Of a stretch of DNA of 31,635 nt, positions 19,333 to 28,953 are shown in pieces. A program made the position numbers and the translations under genes. The stretch covers positions 1 through 31,635 of IMG/VR virus record IMGVR_UViG_3300013132_003595. One strand, 5' to 3'. The notes below the pieces were generated by a model, which saw only the letters and a program-made list of their open reading frames with translations, was not told where the DNA came from and did no database searches. The stretch's first letter is position 1. Every line of letters starts with the position of its first letter. This DNA comes from a virus. Its lineage: Duplodnaviria; Caudoviricetes.

Positions 19333-19848
19333 TCACCTATAATTGTTTGGTTGTATTGCGGCAATTTCTATACCTGCAGTAGCAGATATAAATATCCTAA
19401 TCGGTAAATATATCGTTGTTTCTCTAACTTTAACAGTAAAGTCTATTTTTATAGCATGATCATTTTCTGCCAAGTCTGATGAATTGGGGTTTATATCAAC
19501 TGTTAGTTTTTCCAATGTTAGATATGGCAACCATTCTTTGAGCGCGTCGGATATATCATTTTTAATAGTTTCTACAAAAGTTTCTTCACTTGTTATATTT
19601 TCAAACAAAATATATCTTAAATTTGTTCCAAAATCAGGAAGCATATATCTTTCACCTTTGGATGTCAATAATAAATTTCTAATGTTTGAATATATTTGTT
19701 CTCTATTTGTAACACTTTTATTGAATATACCACGTGGATTATTAAAGGGCAACATTACACCAACAAATTTGTTGCTATCAATAGTATTTCCTTCATTTAC
19801 AGGTTTTGTATAATACTGCCATCTATTTCTACCAAGTCGTTTTTCCAA
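19333..19848 (-). CDS. Baseplate protein, T4 gp25 / P2 gpW-like (sheath initiator)
   Basis: NIRNLLLTSKGERYMLPDFGTNLRYILFE...I..AL..WLP. TTG start with GGGAG upstream. Confidence 0.9.
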   Translation of the reverse strand: MEKRLGRNRWQYYTKPVNEGNTIDSNKFVGVMLPFNNPRGIFNKSVTNREQIYSNIRNLLLTSKGERYMLPDFGTNLRYILFENITSEETFVETIKNDISDALKEWLPYLTLEKLTVDINPNSSDLAENDHAIKIDFTVKVRETTIYLPIRIFISATAGIEIAAIQPNNYR

Positions 19849-19851
19849 TTA

Positions 19852-20280
19852 TTATCTCCCTTTCTTTTCATCAATTTTTTTCATAAGAGCAGAATAGTCT
19901 CTTGTTAATGCAGACATAACTTCTGTTGGAATTTCAGCTTGTGAAAATCCTTGTGGTATGGGTGCACCAGTTCTTTCATAACCAAATCCTTCTGCCATAT
20001 CTGCAGTAAAACGAAATTCATTTTCCATATCAGAGCTTTCTTGAAGACTACGTTTTGTTTCTGCAAGAAGTTCTTGTATAGAACCAAATTCAGTTTTTTG
20101 AGTTTTTGGTTTAACAACTTTTTTTGGTGTTTGTGTTTCATTGTACATAGAAAGACCATGTTTAAGAGTAGAAATATCATCCTTCTTTGGTTGAGTTTGA
20201 GTTGTTTTCTTTTTAAGAGCATACTCAATTTCTTCTCTTATTATTGAACGTATTTCTTGTAAAAATTTCTTCGTGTCCAT
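19852..20280 (-). CDS. Hypothetical protein
   Basis: 142 aa with TAAGGAG SD. Helical ends (IRSIIREEI; ALTRDYSALMKKID). Confidence 0.75.
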   Translation of the reverse strand: MDTKKFLQEIRSIIREEIEYALKKKTTQTQPKKDDISTLKHGLSMYNETQTPKKVVKPKTQKTEFGSIQELLAETKRSLQESSDMENEFRFTADMAEGFGYERTGAPIPQGFSQAEIPTEVMSALTRDYSALMKKIDEKKGR

Positions 20281-20292
20281 TAAAATAACTCC

Positions 20293-22647
20293 TTATCCTG
20301 GTTCTATAATTTGATCATATAATGTATTTTTCAATGTTGCTAAGATTCCTTTTTGTCTATTAACAACGGCTTTCATATAATTATCAACTAATTCAGTTCT
20401 TCGGAATATACCATTCATAGTTGGTTCAACTTTTTGATATTCCGGTGAACTTGCAGCATTTATCAACTTGTGAAAAGCAATATGAGCACCAGGAGCATCA
20501 CCTGCAAAATTCCAAATTTTTCCAGGTTGACAACAAAATCTCCAACCTGCACCTGAAACTTTTGCAGAACCAGCTGCTGCGTTTCCTGAAATGGCATCGC
20601 TTCCTGTGTTTCCACCAAGTCTCCACATTGTTCCATCTGGATCTAAATAAGGACACACCTCAACATGACCACCTCTTGTTATTATTGATGCTTCCCATCC
20701 TCTTTGACTTAAAAAATGATCCATTAACTTTTTACCCATTTCTGTTATTTGTCCACTTTGTTTTTGTCCATTAAAATGAATACCTCGTATAAAAATTGCA
20801 GAAATTGGATTTGGTAACATTTGTTCATATACTGTTATTGCTATTTGTTCTTTAATTACTTTTTCATTCATAACTTCTATGAGTTTTCCTTTTACTTTTT
20901 TTGTTCCTGGAATTTTTTGTATTGTTTTTTTAGTATATGATGTTTGTTTGTAGAATTTGTATAAATGACAATGTTCTCTTGCATCTTTGGCGCCCTTTAT
21001 AGGACTTCCCATATCATACAAATCTGGATCAACTTCCATTTTACCAGTATCAGGATTAACAAACATTGGTAAACTAGCATAAGTTCCTTCTGACTCAGGT
21101 GTTACTGGTTTTGGCAATGTTTTTGAATATACATCGGTAGCATTTCCAGCACCCTCAGGATTATTTAATGTCAATAAGGGAATATATCCACTATGATTCC
21201 AACAAAATTTGGCATGATACCCACACCAGTGAGAACGTTCCGCCCATGATGAATAACTTTCCATTGCTCCAATTCCCCAACCGGATTCATTAAAAATTGC
21301 ACCTGTCACCATTCTATGTTGTTCAGTTTGATTTTCAAAAACATAAGGTATTGCAGTATTTGGTATACCAACTTCTGGTGCATTCATTATTATTGGATAA
21401 TTTGTTATTTTAAGATTTTTTTCAGGATGAACTTGAACTCCTAAAATTGCTTTTTTTGTAATACCACTCCATGTTGCTTTTCCAGGACCAAATTTAACAG
21501 CACCAGTAATACTACTTTCTACTCTTTTATACTGATTGGCGGCGCCGGCTTGATTTGCAGTTCCATTTACATTTGATCTAAATCCCCAATAACCAGTTGA
21601 TGTAGGTCCAACATATATTCCACCTTGAATCGCGGGTTCACCGGCACCAAAAACTGGTTTAATAAATGATTGCACTCTCATTGATGCAGGAACTCCATCT
21701 CGTTTTGCATCAAGTAAACGTTTTTTTATTTCCGTTAATGCCTTACTATTTTCAACTTGAACAGGTGCTCCTTCTGGTGACTCATTTGATTTTTCTTTTA
21801 TTTCAAATTTTTGTTCTGGATCCTGCGGATTTGTTTCAGGGTTTTCATCCTTTGGTGTTTCTGTTTGTTCGGGATCAACCAATCCTAATGCAGTATTAAA
21901 TAAATCTATTCTTTCCGCATCAGATTTAGCAAAATACTCTAATAGTGTTATTTCCGTTTCACCAATTTTAACAGTATCATCTTTCCATGCTTCACCACCA
22001 CCATCAAGTTCACTTACTGTTCCTTTTCTATCAATTTCATATTTTACACCTTTATATTCTATGTTAAGTCCTTTACTTCTATTTCCACCATCTGAATTAA
22101 AGGTTGGTGGTTTAACTTCACCGGGTGTTTCAACTACTGTTTGTTTTGGTTCTTCTTTTGGTTTTTCTTCTTCTTTTGGTTCATTTACTCCACTTCCAAA
22201 TTCACCACCCCTATCACTACCAGTATTTTTTTCACCACTGCCTGTATCTTTATCTATAAATTCATCATCTTTTGGTTTATCGGGTGGTGTATCTTTTTTT
22301 CCAGCACCTTCATCTTTTTTTTCTTCTTCATTATCTCCAGATGTATCACCAAAAGTACCTGAAAGAAGTTTTTGAATAAATCCTGATATTGCATTATCAT
22401 CATCTGTTTTTTCTTCTGGTGGCGGATCTTTTTTAACTTCTTTATTTCCACTGGAAACAACTGCACCACCGGATGTAGTATCACGTTTATGTCCACCATC
22501 CGTATCTGTTCTTTCACCGCCGAGTTTATCAGCAGTATCATCATCTACATTATCCCTTTTAGTATTGGTTCTATTTGTAGTATTTAATGACTGCCGAGTT
22601 TTATCGTCTCTTGGTGCTTCATCTTGTTCTATATCGTTTAACGGCAT
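20293..22647 (-). CDS. Large protein with an acidic disordered N-terminus and a C-terminal CHAP/NlpC-P60-like (TIGR02594-type) cysteine amidase
   Basis: HWCGYHAKFCWNHSG (Cys), GGHVEVC (His) and LGGNTG motifs in the expected order. The N-terminal ~300 aa are D/E/K/G/P-rich. Confidence 0.6.
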   Translation of the reverse strand: MPLNDIEQDEAPRDDKTRQSLNTTNRTNTKRDNVDDDTADKLGGERTDTDGGHKRDTTSGGAVVSSGNKEVKKDPPPEEKTDDDNAISGFIQKLLSGTFGDTSGDNEEEKKDEGAGKKDTPPDKPKDDEFIDKDTGSGEKNTGSDRGGEFGSGVNEPKEEEKPKEEPKQTVVETPGEVKPPTFNSDGGNRSKGLNIEYKGVKYEIDRKGTVSELDGGGEAWKDDTVKIGETEITLLEYFAKSDAERIDLFNTALGLVDPEQTETPKDENPETNPQDPEQKFEIKEKSNESPEGAPVQVENSKALTEIKKRLLDAKRDGVPASMRVQSFIKPVFGAGEPAIQGGIYVGPTSTGYWGFRSNVNGTANQAGAANQYKRVESSITGAVKFGPGKATWSGITKKAILGVQVHPEKNLKITNYPIIMNAPEVGIPNTAIPYVFENQTEQHRMVTGAIFNESGWGIGAMESYSSWAERSHWCGYHAKFCWNHSGYIPLLTLNNPEGAGNATDVYSKTLPKPVTPESEGTYASLPMFVNPDTGKMEVDPDLYDMGSPIKGAKDAREHCHLYKFYKQTSYTKKTIQKIPGTKKVKGKLIEVMNEKVIKEQIAITVYEQMLPNPISAIFIRGIHFNGQKQSGQITEMGKKLMDHFLSQRGWEASIITRGGHVEVCPYLDPDGTMWRLGGNTGSDAISGNAAAGSAKVSGAGWRFCCQPGKIWNFAGDAPGAHIAFHKLINAASSPEYQKVEPTMNGIFRRTELVDNYMKAVVNRQKGILATLKNTLYDQIIEPG

Positions 22648-22667
22648 ATTTTTTCTCTGTTAGTTGT

Positions 22668-25355
22668 TTAAGTAACATATCCATTTTTAATAAACCATAA
22701 ATATTCATCGTTTCTTCGTGCAACCAATCCTCTTCTAGTGCTTAATTCATTACAATCTGAATGTGTTTTTAACATTCTAGCAGCTTCTGCATAATTACCT
22801 TTTTCTATTTGGGCAATCATACCAACTGGACCGCCAGGTCCACCGCATGTTGCCGTGCTTTTATTTGGACCAGTATTAAATGCAATACTCAAAAGAGCAT
22901 CAAACATAGATTGTGTCAATTTTGTATCTTTATTCTTAAATTTACCTTTTACATTTTTAATAAATGATAACATATCATTTACTTTTTCAATGTGCATTTC
23001 AGCCAATGAAAATTCTCTATTTCCGGCAGGTGGCTTAAAATATGGTTGCCATTTTATCATTGCAGCAGTAGGTGTTAAAGCATTGGCTTTTGCAGCTTTT
23101 GCACTAATTATTAAGTTTCCAATTCCAATAGTTGGATTTCCATTAAAATCTTCCCATCTTTGAGGATATTTCAGCTTGTTTGCCGGTTTGTCATCATATA
23201 CATATTTTTCTTTACCTTCTTTATCCCGAATAAACTTTGCAATATCAAATGTTACATTCAGACTACTTACTGAATGTAATCCTGGTCCAGCATCTTTGAA
23301 TATCTGTTTCATCCAATCATCAATTTGTTTTTGATTTGCAGTTAATGAGAGTGGCGGTAATTTGCCAGAACCAACACTAGAACTTGAACCCGATGATTGT
23401 TTTTGTCCAGCCTTAAATACCGTATTTATATCATATGTTTTGTCTTTCCAAGAACCCTCACTTGTAATAAAGTCTCCATCAATTTTTACTATACGATTTC
23501 CTGCATCATCTTCAAATCCACCACCAACTTTGAAACGGTCTTTTCCAATTGATTGATTTGTAAGTTTTTTAGCAGTATTACCGGAACAATCAAAATTACC
23601 ATAAACTTGTTTTGGTGCAAAAGAAAGTGATGATAGTGATAACCCAGATGCCCTAAATTCACCAACTTCAATATCTGCCATTGTTTGTGGAAGTGTTGTT
23701 ATATCTTTATTTCCACTAATGTTGTAACTACCTGGTTTATCAGTTTTTGCATCTTTTATAGTTTTTGGTGCACCAACTAAAGAAGTTAATACATTTTTTG
23801 AACAATCAAATTTTGTTACACCAGTTGTGGAAACAACACCCAATCCACTTAAACTTGTAATTTTATTATTTGCACAATTAAAACCACCAGGACCAAATGA
23901 TGTAATTCCATTTCCATCCAATGATGTTAATGAACAACTTGATACATCATATATGTGTTCATTTTGACTTTTTTGTGGTGTAATGATTCCGATTATTTTT
24001 TTAGGACCACCGGAAAGAGATGCCAAAGATTTATTACCGGTTGCAATAAAAATACTAACTTCATCGGGTGAACCGGCAAGTGATGTTATTGAGTTTTCAC
24101 TACAATCAAATGTTCCTTTTACAACTTTTGGACATCCAGTTAATGTTGTTAAACCAACTTTACGGCATAAAAAATTACCTTCAATTGTTCCAAATGGAAT
24201 CGTAAATTTACCGTTTTCAATTAGTTTAACTGCATCGTTTTTGTTTGGAATGTTTATTGTAACATCACCTTTTATTGATACAAGACCATTTGAATCTATT
24301 GTAACTTCTGCAGAATTACTTATACGAAGTTGTGGTGTTTTATCACCATTTGTTTTTGGATTACCTTTTTTATCCTTTTGAACTTGCCCATCTTTTACTA
24401 CCCAACCTCTAAATAGATTTATTTTTTCAAGTATTGAAGAATTTGCAGTAGTTGTTGATTTTTCTTCTGTTGTTCTATTTTCCTGTTGTTCTTCACCTTC
24501 TTCGGCCTCTGGTGTTTCACGTTCTGTGCCTTCTTGTTTTTGTGGTGGTTGTGTTGTTGTTTCTGAAAATCCCCATGAATCGATAACTCTATCGGCGTCA
24601 TCGTCTTTCAAATCACGTAGTTTTTGCAGTGCGGTTTTAGAGTCAATTAAATCTATTATTTGAACTGCTGAGTATTTAATACCATCAATTGTAATATACC
24701 CAAATGAATCAAATTCAAATGAGGTTTTTGTTCGTTTATCAAATTCTTCTTCATTTCCTGCTTTTGTCTTACTAAATTTACCATCTGGATTGGTATCAAT
24801 ATCAATACCAAGAACGTATCTATTTGAAGTATCCTGTCTTGCACTTGTGCCAAATATAACTTTTAATTCTTTAATAGTATTATCTGTGCCCTCTGGTGGT
24901 ATTGTTGGATCTGCAGTTCCACCTGCACCTTCTAATCCAAGTGACACACCATCGGGTGTTAATTTTCGTTCAGCAGGTCTAGTTACTTTTTTCTTTTCTG
25001 TTGATGGTGCATTTCCTATAAATTCACCTGTCTCAGGATCATATTGTGCTGCACCATCAATTATTTCCATCTCAAAATCTTCTAATGGTGCTTGAAAATC
25101 TGAAATGTATATTGGATTTACCAAAGTAGTATTATATCTGGAGTCTTTTTTCTTTTTCTTTATTTCCTTAATAGATTCTGGAGTAAAATATTTATCGTTT
25201 TCACCGTTATCCATACGAAGACCTAAATGTGCAAGTGCACGAAGGTAATTTGTATTTTCTTTTTTATCAAGAAAATTAAAATCACCGCTTGCAAATGTAT
25301 ATCTATACTTTAATTCTTTTACAAGACCTTTTTCTGTTCTTTCCTTATCTGTCAT
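22668..25355 (-). CDS. LRR-repeat protein with a C-terminal GH24 (phage lysozyme-like) muramidase
   Basis: About 8-9 repeats of G.FxCxxNxLTSLxGxPxxV. C-terminal FIRDKEG..YVYDD...PTIGIG...LTQSMFDALLSIAFNTG...GNYAEAA...GLVARRNDE. GGAG SD. Confidence 0.8.
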   Translation of the reverse strand: MTDKERTEKGLVKELKYRYTFASGDFNFLDKKENTNYLRALAHLGLRMDNGENDKYFTPESIKEIKKKKKDSRYNTTLVNPIYISDFQAPLEDFEMEIIDGAAQYDPETGEFIGNAPSTEKKKVTRPAERKLTPDGVSLGLEGAGGTADPTIPPEGTDNTIKELKVIFGTSARQDTSNRYVLGIDIDTNPDGKFSKTKAGNEEEFDKRTKTSFEFDSFGYITIDGIKYSAVQIIDLIDSKTALQKLRDLKDDDADRVIDSWGFSETTTQPPQKQEGTERETPEAEEGEEQQENRTTEEKSTTTANSSILEKINLFRGWVVKDGQVQKDKKGNPKTNGDKTPQLRISNSAEVTIDSNGLVSIKGDVTINIPNKNDAVKLIENGKFTIPFGTIEGNFLCRKVGLTTLTGCPKVVKGTFDCSENSITSLAGSPDEVSIFIATGNKSLASLSGGPKKIIGIITPQKSQNEHIYDVSSCSLTSLDGNGITSFGPGGFNCANNKITSLSGLGVVSTTGVTKFDCSKNVLTSLVGAPKTIKDAKTDKPGSYNISGNKDITTLPQTMADIEVGEFRASGLSLSSLSFAPKQVYGNFDCSGNTAKKLTNQSIGKDRFKVGGGFEDDAGNRIVKIDGDFITSEGSWKDKTYDINTVFKAGQKQSSGSSSSVGSGKLPPLSLTANQKQIDDWMKQIFKDAGPGLHSVSSLNVTFDIAKFIRDKEGKEKYVYDDKPANKLKYPQRWEDFNGNPTIGIGNLIISAKAAKANALTPTAAMIKWQPYFKPPAGNREFSLAEMHIEKVNDMLSFIKNVKGKFKNKDTKLTQSMFDALLSIAFNTGPNKSTATCGGPGGPVGMIAQIEKGNYAEAARMLKTHSDCNELSTRRGLVARRNDEYLWFIKNGYVT
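23575..24185 (-). repeat. Leucine-rich repeat array (protein level) within the 895 aa protein
   Basis: GNFLCRKVGLTTLTGCPKVV / GTFDCSENSITSLAGSPDEV / SIFIATGNKSLASLSGGPKKI / GGFNCANNKITSLSG / KFDCSKNVLTSLVGAPKTI / GEFRASGLSLSSLSFAPKQV / GNFDCSGN. Confidence 0.8.
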
Positions 25356-25374
25356 TTTTTATTACTCCATAGCA

Positions 25375-28300
25375 TCAATATCTATTTTGTTTCCAACCAA
25401 CAACTAATAAATTACTTAAATTTTGATAAAATTCTTGATCATATCCTGGTTGTTTTAACAATTCATCCAATTGATTTCTTACATATTTTATAGGAGTGAA
25501 ACCGTCTGTGGCCTCTACTTGCAATATAGAATATATTGTTCCTTCAACATCAACCTTTCCATCGTCTGTTACCGTATAGTATTTATTATTACCCGAAGCA
25601 GTTTTAACTACTATTTCAAAAAGTATGCCAAATTTGTATACGGTTTTATCACTTTTTACTGTATACCCCTGCATACCCGTATAAATAAGTTTTCCCGATG
25701 GATTCGGATTCGGATTCGGGTTTGGATTCGGATTCGGGTTTGGATTCGGATTCGGGTTTGGATTCGGATTCGGGTTTGGATTCGTACCAGTAATCGGTTT
25801 AACTGATATATCCCAATTTACCGCATTTTTATCATAAACAAATCCTGGTGGTTTATTTCCAACCAATATTATTTCTCCTGTATTTGTATCTTGAATAATA
25901 TCTGTAACCCAGTCATATGTATAAATACTATATGTTCCATAATTTAATTGTCCAGTAACACCACCAGGTGTTCCGCCAGTTCCATCCACATTAACAACAT
26001 ATTTATCAGGAACTTCATATATTTGTCTCCAACTTGCATCAACTGCACCAGGTACACCTTTTGGTAATTTTGATGCATTATCTAATAAGTCTGCATACGG
26101 ATCAGCAGTTAATGCCGCAGCACTATCATAAATACTGCTAAGCACACCTTCTTTTTCAATCTCTTTACGAGTATCTATTATTTCGTCATAAGCACCCAAT
26201 AAAGCAGCTTCATTACCCAATATATCTGGTGTATTTTTTACTGCCTCATATCTTTTTAACAATTTATTTTTTAGGTCAATCCCTTTTGCCAAATTTTCTC
26301 TAAATTGCAATGCTTTATCAATAACAATACCACATTTTATTATACTCAAAGACAATTGACCTTCTTTTCCAGATTTTATTTCTATAAATTCAATATCTTC
26401 TTCTTTATCAGTTCCATCTGCATTTTTTTCAGGTTTGCCATCAGCACCTATTACTTTTCTTTTTTCAAATGGTGGTTTTAATTTTTTAATGTCTGTAAAA
26501 CCAAGAGTTGTTGCAAGTGTTTGTTTTATTTTTGAATCAAGTGGACCTTTACCAGGAACAACTTTTCTTACCATTTGTCCTGTGCTAGTATCTCTAACCA
26601 TTTTTACATCATTATACTTTTCCCACGCTTCAAAGTTAAGACCAACATTACTTAATAATTTTTGTCCAACTTGATCAAAAAGACCTTCAAGATATTTCTC
26701 TTGTTCTCCTGGTTTATTAAATCTTTTTCCAGTTGCCATGTCTGTTAAATCGCCAGCAATAGGTATCATAGTTCCCAATGTTTCTTCACTCACACCTAAT
26801 GCTTTTGATATTTTTGCTTTTAATTCCGGTGGTAAAGAATTGTAATGCTGAAATCCTTTTGTTGATAATTCATAGAGATTTTTGGCACCACTCAATACTT
26901 CATAGTATCTAATAATTTCCGATTGATCGATACCGACCATTCCCCCAATACCAAATATCAATGACTGGACTGGTGCCGGTAAATTCTTAAAATCTACAGC
27001 ATCAAATATAGAAAGAAATTGTTTTTTCTTATACATATTGTATACTGCAAGTGCATTCACTCCAATGTTTGCTGCTTCAAAATACTTTTGACCTGATTTT
27101 GCTTTTTCTTTTTCTGCATAAGAACCTACAATTACTCCATCAAATGATATGGTTTCTGCACTATCATTACCTTCTGCAAGTAATACTTCTGTTTTTTCGT
27201 ATTTTGTTTCCCAAACTTTTGTTGCAGCATTATATTTTCTTATTTCTTCAACTGGATTAGTATTACCAACATAGTGATATTTGAATTGAAATGGCATATA
27301 ACCTTTTTGAATTTTATTGTCATTATCGGTATATTCAAATTTTTCATCATAAATGTTGTTATCCAATTTTATAGTAATCTTATCTTTACCAGAAGGAAAA
27401 ATACCACCTGCAATAAATTCAGTACCAGTTTCAGCACCGATTGCACCCAAATATGCAATTTCACAAATTTTACCAGCATCTTTAATTGTAACGCCATCCT
27501 TAAAAGTATTTACATCAACTATTGGGGTTCCATCAGGATTTTTTGCATTACCACCTAATCTAATAACTGATGTATTTTGAACTTCTTTTATTGGTATAAA
27601 TTTTTTATCACCGTCATTCTCAATAGACGTAATTTCTATTATAGATAGTATTAAATTATTACCAAAGACTTTTGTAAATGAAGGGTTATCGATTTCAAGT
27701 GTAATTGTATCTTTATCAACTACCGTATATTTTTTTGATACAATAGTTCCTGTTTTTACATCTGAAAAAACTTCACCGGTAACAAGTCCTTTTAATTCTG
27801 GATCCAATTCGTCTACTGATTTTTTACCAGCTTCTGCCAATGCAAATCTTTCAAGTTCATCATAGTTTCCAGACTTAACAAGTTCTTCAACTTCAATTAT
27901 CTTTCTAACAACATATGTAATTCTACTTAAAACTTTTGGGTTTACACCTAAAAATTTTGCAATCAATGCCTTTTTTCTTTTATCTAATCTATCAAAATCT
28001 AACAAATTTTTCAAATTTGCCAAAAGTTTAGCAGTTACAAATGCAGTTTGTCCTTGTGTATATGCTCGATATAATTTTGATGCAAGTGATAATGCTTTTA
28101 GACCAGATTTAACTATTGCAGTATTTTGTTCTGATGTTAAAAAATCTAAAGCAGCTGCAGGATAACCTATAACTGTTGAAAATAAACTTGCTTCTCTTTC
28201 TTTTTCTTTACGCAATTTTTCAGCAGCTCTTTCTTTTGGAACAACTTTTGGAGCACCACCTAAAAGAGAAGAAACTTGTCCGGTTGCCCAACCAACACCT

Positions 28301-28953
28301 TCACCCAAATAACCCATTGCTCCACCAATTGCTCCAGTTACATAATCCATTGCATCAGTAACATATTTATCAACAGAACCAGTTATAGAATTTAATAAAC
28401 CACCTTCACCTAAAAATGAATTTGATTTAATTTTTACAGTAAGATATTCTATGTTTAAGTCATTTTCTGCAGGTTTATCGTCAGTTGGATCTTTAAGTGC
28501 AAAGTCTTTTGCTTGTCTTGCCCAATTTGGCCAAATTTTTAGTGTCATATTTATAGCAATCACATCATTTTTTGATGTATCTAGCACACCATACTTATCT
28601 ACGAGTAAACTTGCAACTGCAGCCGGAACCGTTGGAGCATCCTCAATAATGCAGTTCCATGATAATGCATATTTTGAAGCATATTGACGAATTTCGGTAT
28701 CATCAGCAAATTTTTCTTTATATTCGGAAAATGCAGTTGGACTACTAACATCATTGTCTGTATAATATGCAGCATTGACAAGAGTTTTTTTCCAAAGGTC
28801 TAATGAATCTTGATTTGTTTCTTTTGTAAATTGAATATAATCCAATAAATCAATAGAATCTCCTTGAAATACCTCTATGACATATTCATTCAATTCTGTT
28901 GCAGATGTGCTTGCTTTGTATTTAACTTTATTTTTTTTCCATTTAATTGCCAT
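25375..28953 (-). CDS. Large hypothetical protein downstream of the spike gene, with Gly-rich hydrophobic segments and an (Asn-Pro)14 linker
   Basis: 1192 aa ORF, TAATG-coupled to the spike gene, GGAGG SD. No family recognised. Confidence 0.8.
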   Translation of the reverse strand: MAIKWKKNKVKYKASTSATELNEYVIEVFQGDSIDLLDYIQFTKETNQDSLDLWKKTLVNAAYYTDNDVSSPTAFSEYKEKFADDTEIRQYASKYALSWNCIIEDAPTVPAAVASLLVDKYGVLDTSKNDVIAINMTLKIWPNWARQAKDFALKDPTDDKPAENDLNIEYLTVKIKSNSFLGEGGLLNSITGSVDKYVTDAMDYVTGAIGGAMGYLGEGVGWATGQVSSLLGGAPKVVPKERAAEKLRKEKEREASLFSTVIGYPAAALDFLTSEQNTAIVKSGLKALSLASKLYRAYTQGQTAFVTAKLLANLKNLLDFDRLDKRKKALIAKFLGVNPKVLSRITYVVRKIIEVEELVKSGNYDELERFALAEAGKKSVDELDPELKGLVTGEVFSDVKTGTIVSKKYTVVDKDTITLEIDNPSFTKVFGNNLILSIIEITSIENDGDKKFIPIKEVQNTSVIRLGGNAKNPDGTPIVDVNTFKDGVTIKDAGKICEIAYLGAIGAETGTEFIAGGIFPSGKDKITIKLDNNIYDEKFEYTDNDNKIQKGYMPFQFKYHYVGNTNPVEEIRKYNAATKVWETKYEKTEVLLAEGNDSAETISFDGVIVGSYAEKEKAKSGQKYFEAANIGVNALAVYNMYKKKQFLSIFDAVDFKNLPAPVQSLIFGIGGMVGIDQSEIIRYYEVLSGAKNLYELSTKGFQHYNSLPPELKAKISKALGVSEETLGTMIPIAGDLTDMATGKRFNKPGEQEKYLEGLFDQVGQKLLSNVGLNFEAWEKYNDVKMVRDTSTGQMVRKVVPGKGPLDSKIKQTLATTLGFTDIKKLKPPFEKRKVIGADGKPEKNADGTDKEEDIEFIEIKSGKEGQLSLSIIKCGIVIDKALQFRENLAKGIDLKNKLLKRYEAVKNTPDILGNEAALLGAYDEIIDTRKEIEKEGVLSSIYDSAAALTADPYADLLDNASKLPKGVPGAVDASWRQIYEVPDKYVVNVDGTGGTPGGVTGQLNYGTYSIYTYDWVTDIIQDTNTGEIILVGNKPPGFVYDKNAVNWDISVKPITGTNPNPNPNPNPNPNPNPNPNPNPNPNPNPSGKLIYTGMQGYTVKSDKTVYKFGILFEIVVKTASGNNKYYTVTDDGKVDVEGTIYSILQVEATDGFTPIKYVRNQLDELLKQPGYDQEFYQNLSNLLVVGWKQNRY
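25699..25782. repeat. Coding tandem repeat: 14 hexamers encoding (Asn-Pro)14, with an 18-bp higher-order unit repeated four times
   Basis: tggatt cggatt, then (cggatt cgggtt tggatt) x4 at 25711-25782. Confidence 0.95.

Noticed and set aside
25699-25782. Tandem repeat as a CRISPR array or origin iterons
   Set aside because: No spacers; it is an in-frame hexamer repeat encoding Asn-Pro.
25375-28953. 1192 aa protein as the tape measure protein
   Set aside because: It contains long beta-rich blocks, lacks regular tape-measure periodicity and is not preceded by tube or chaperone genes in this window.
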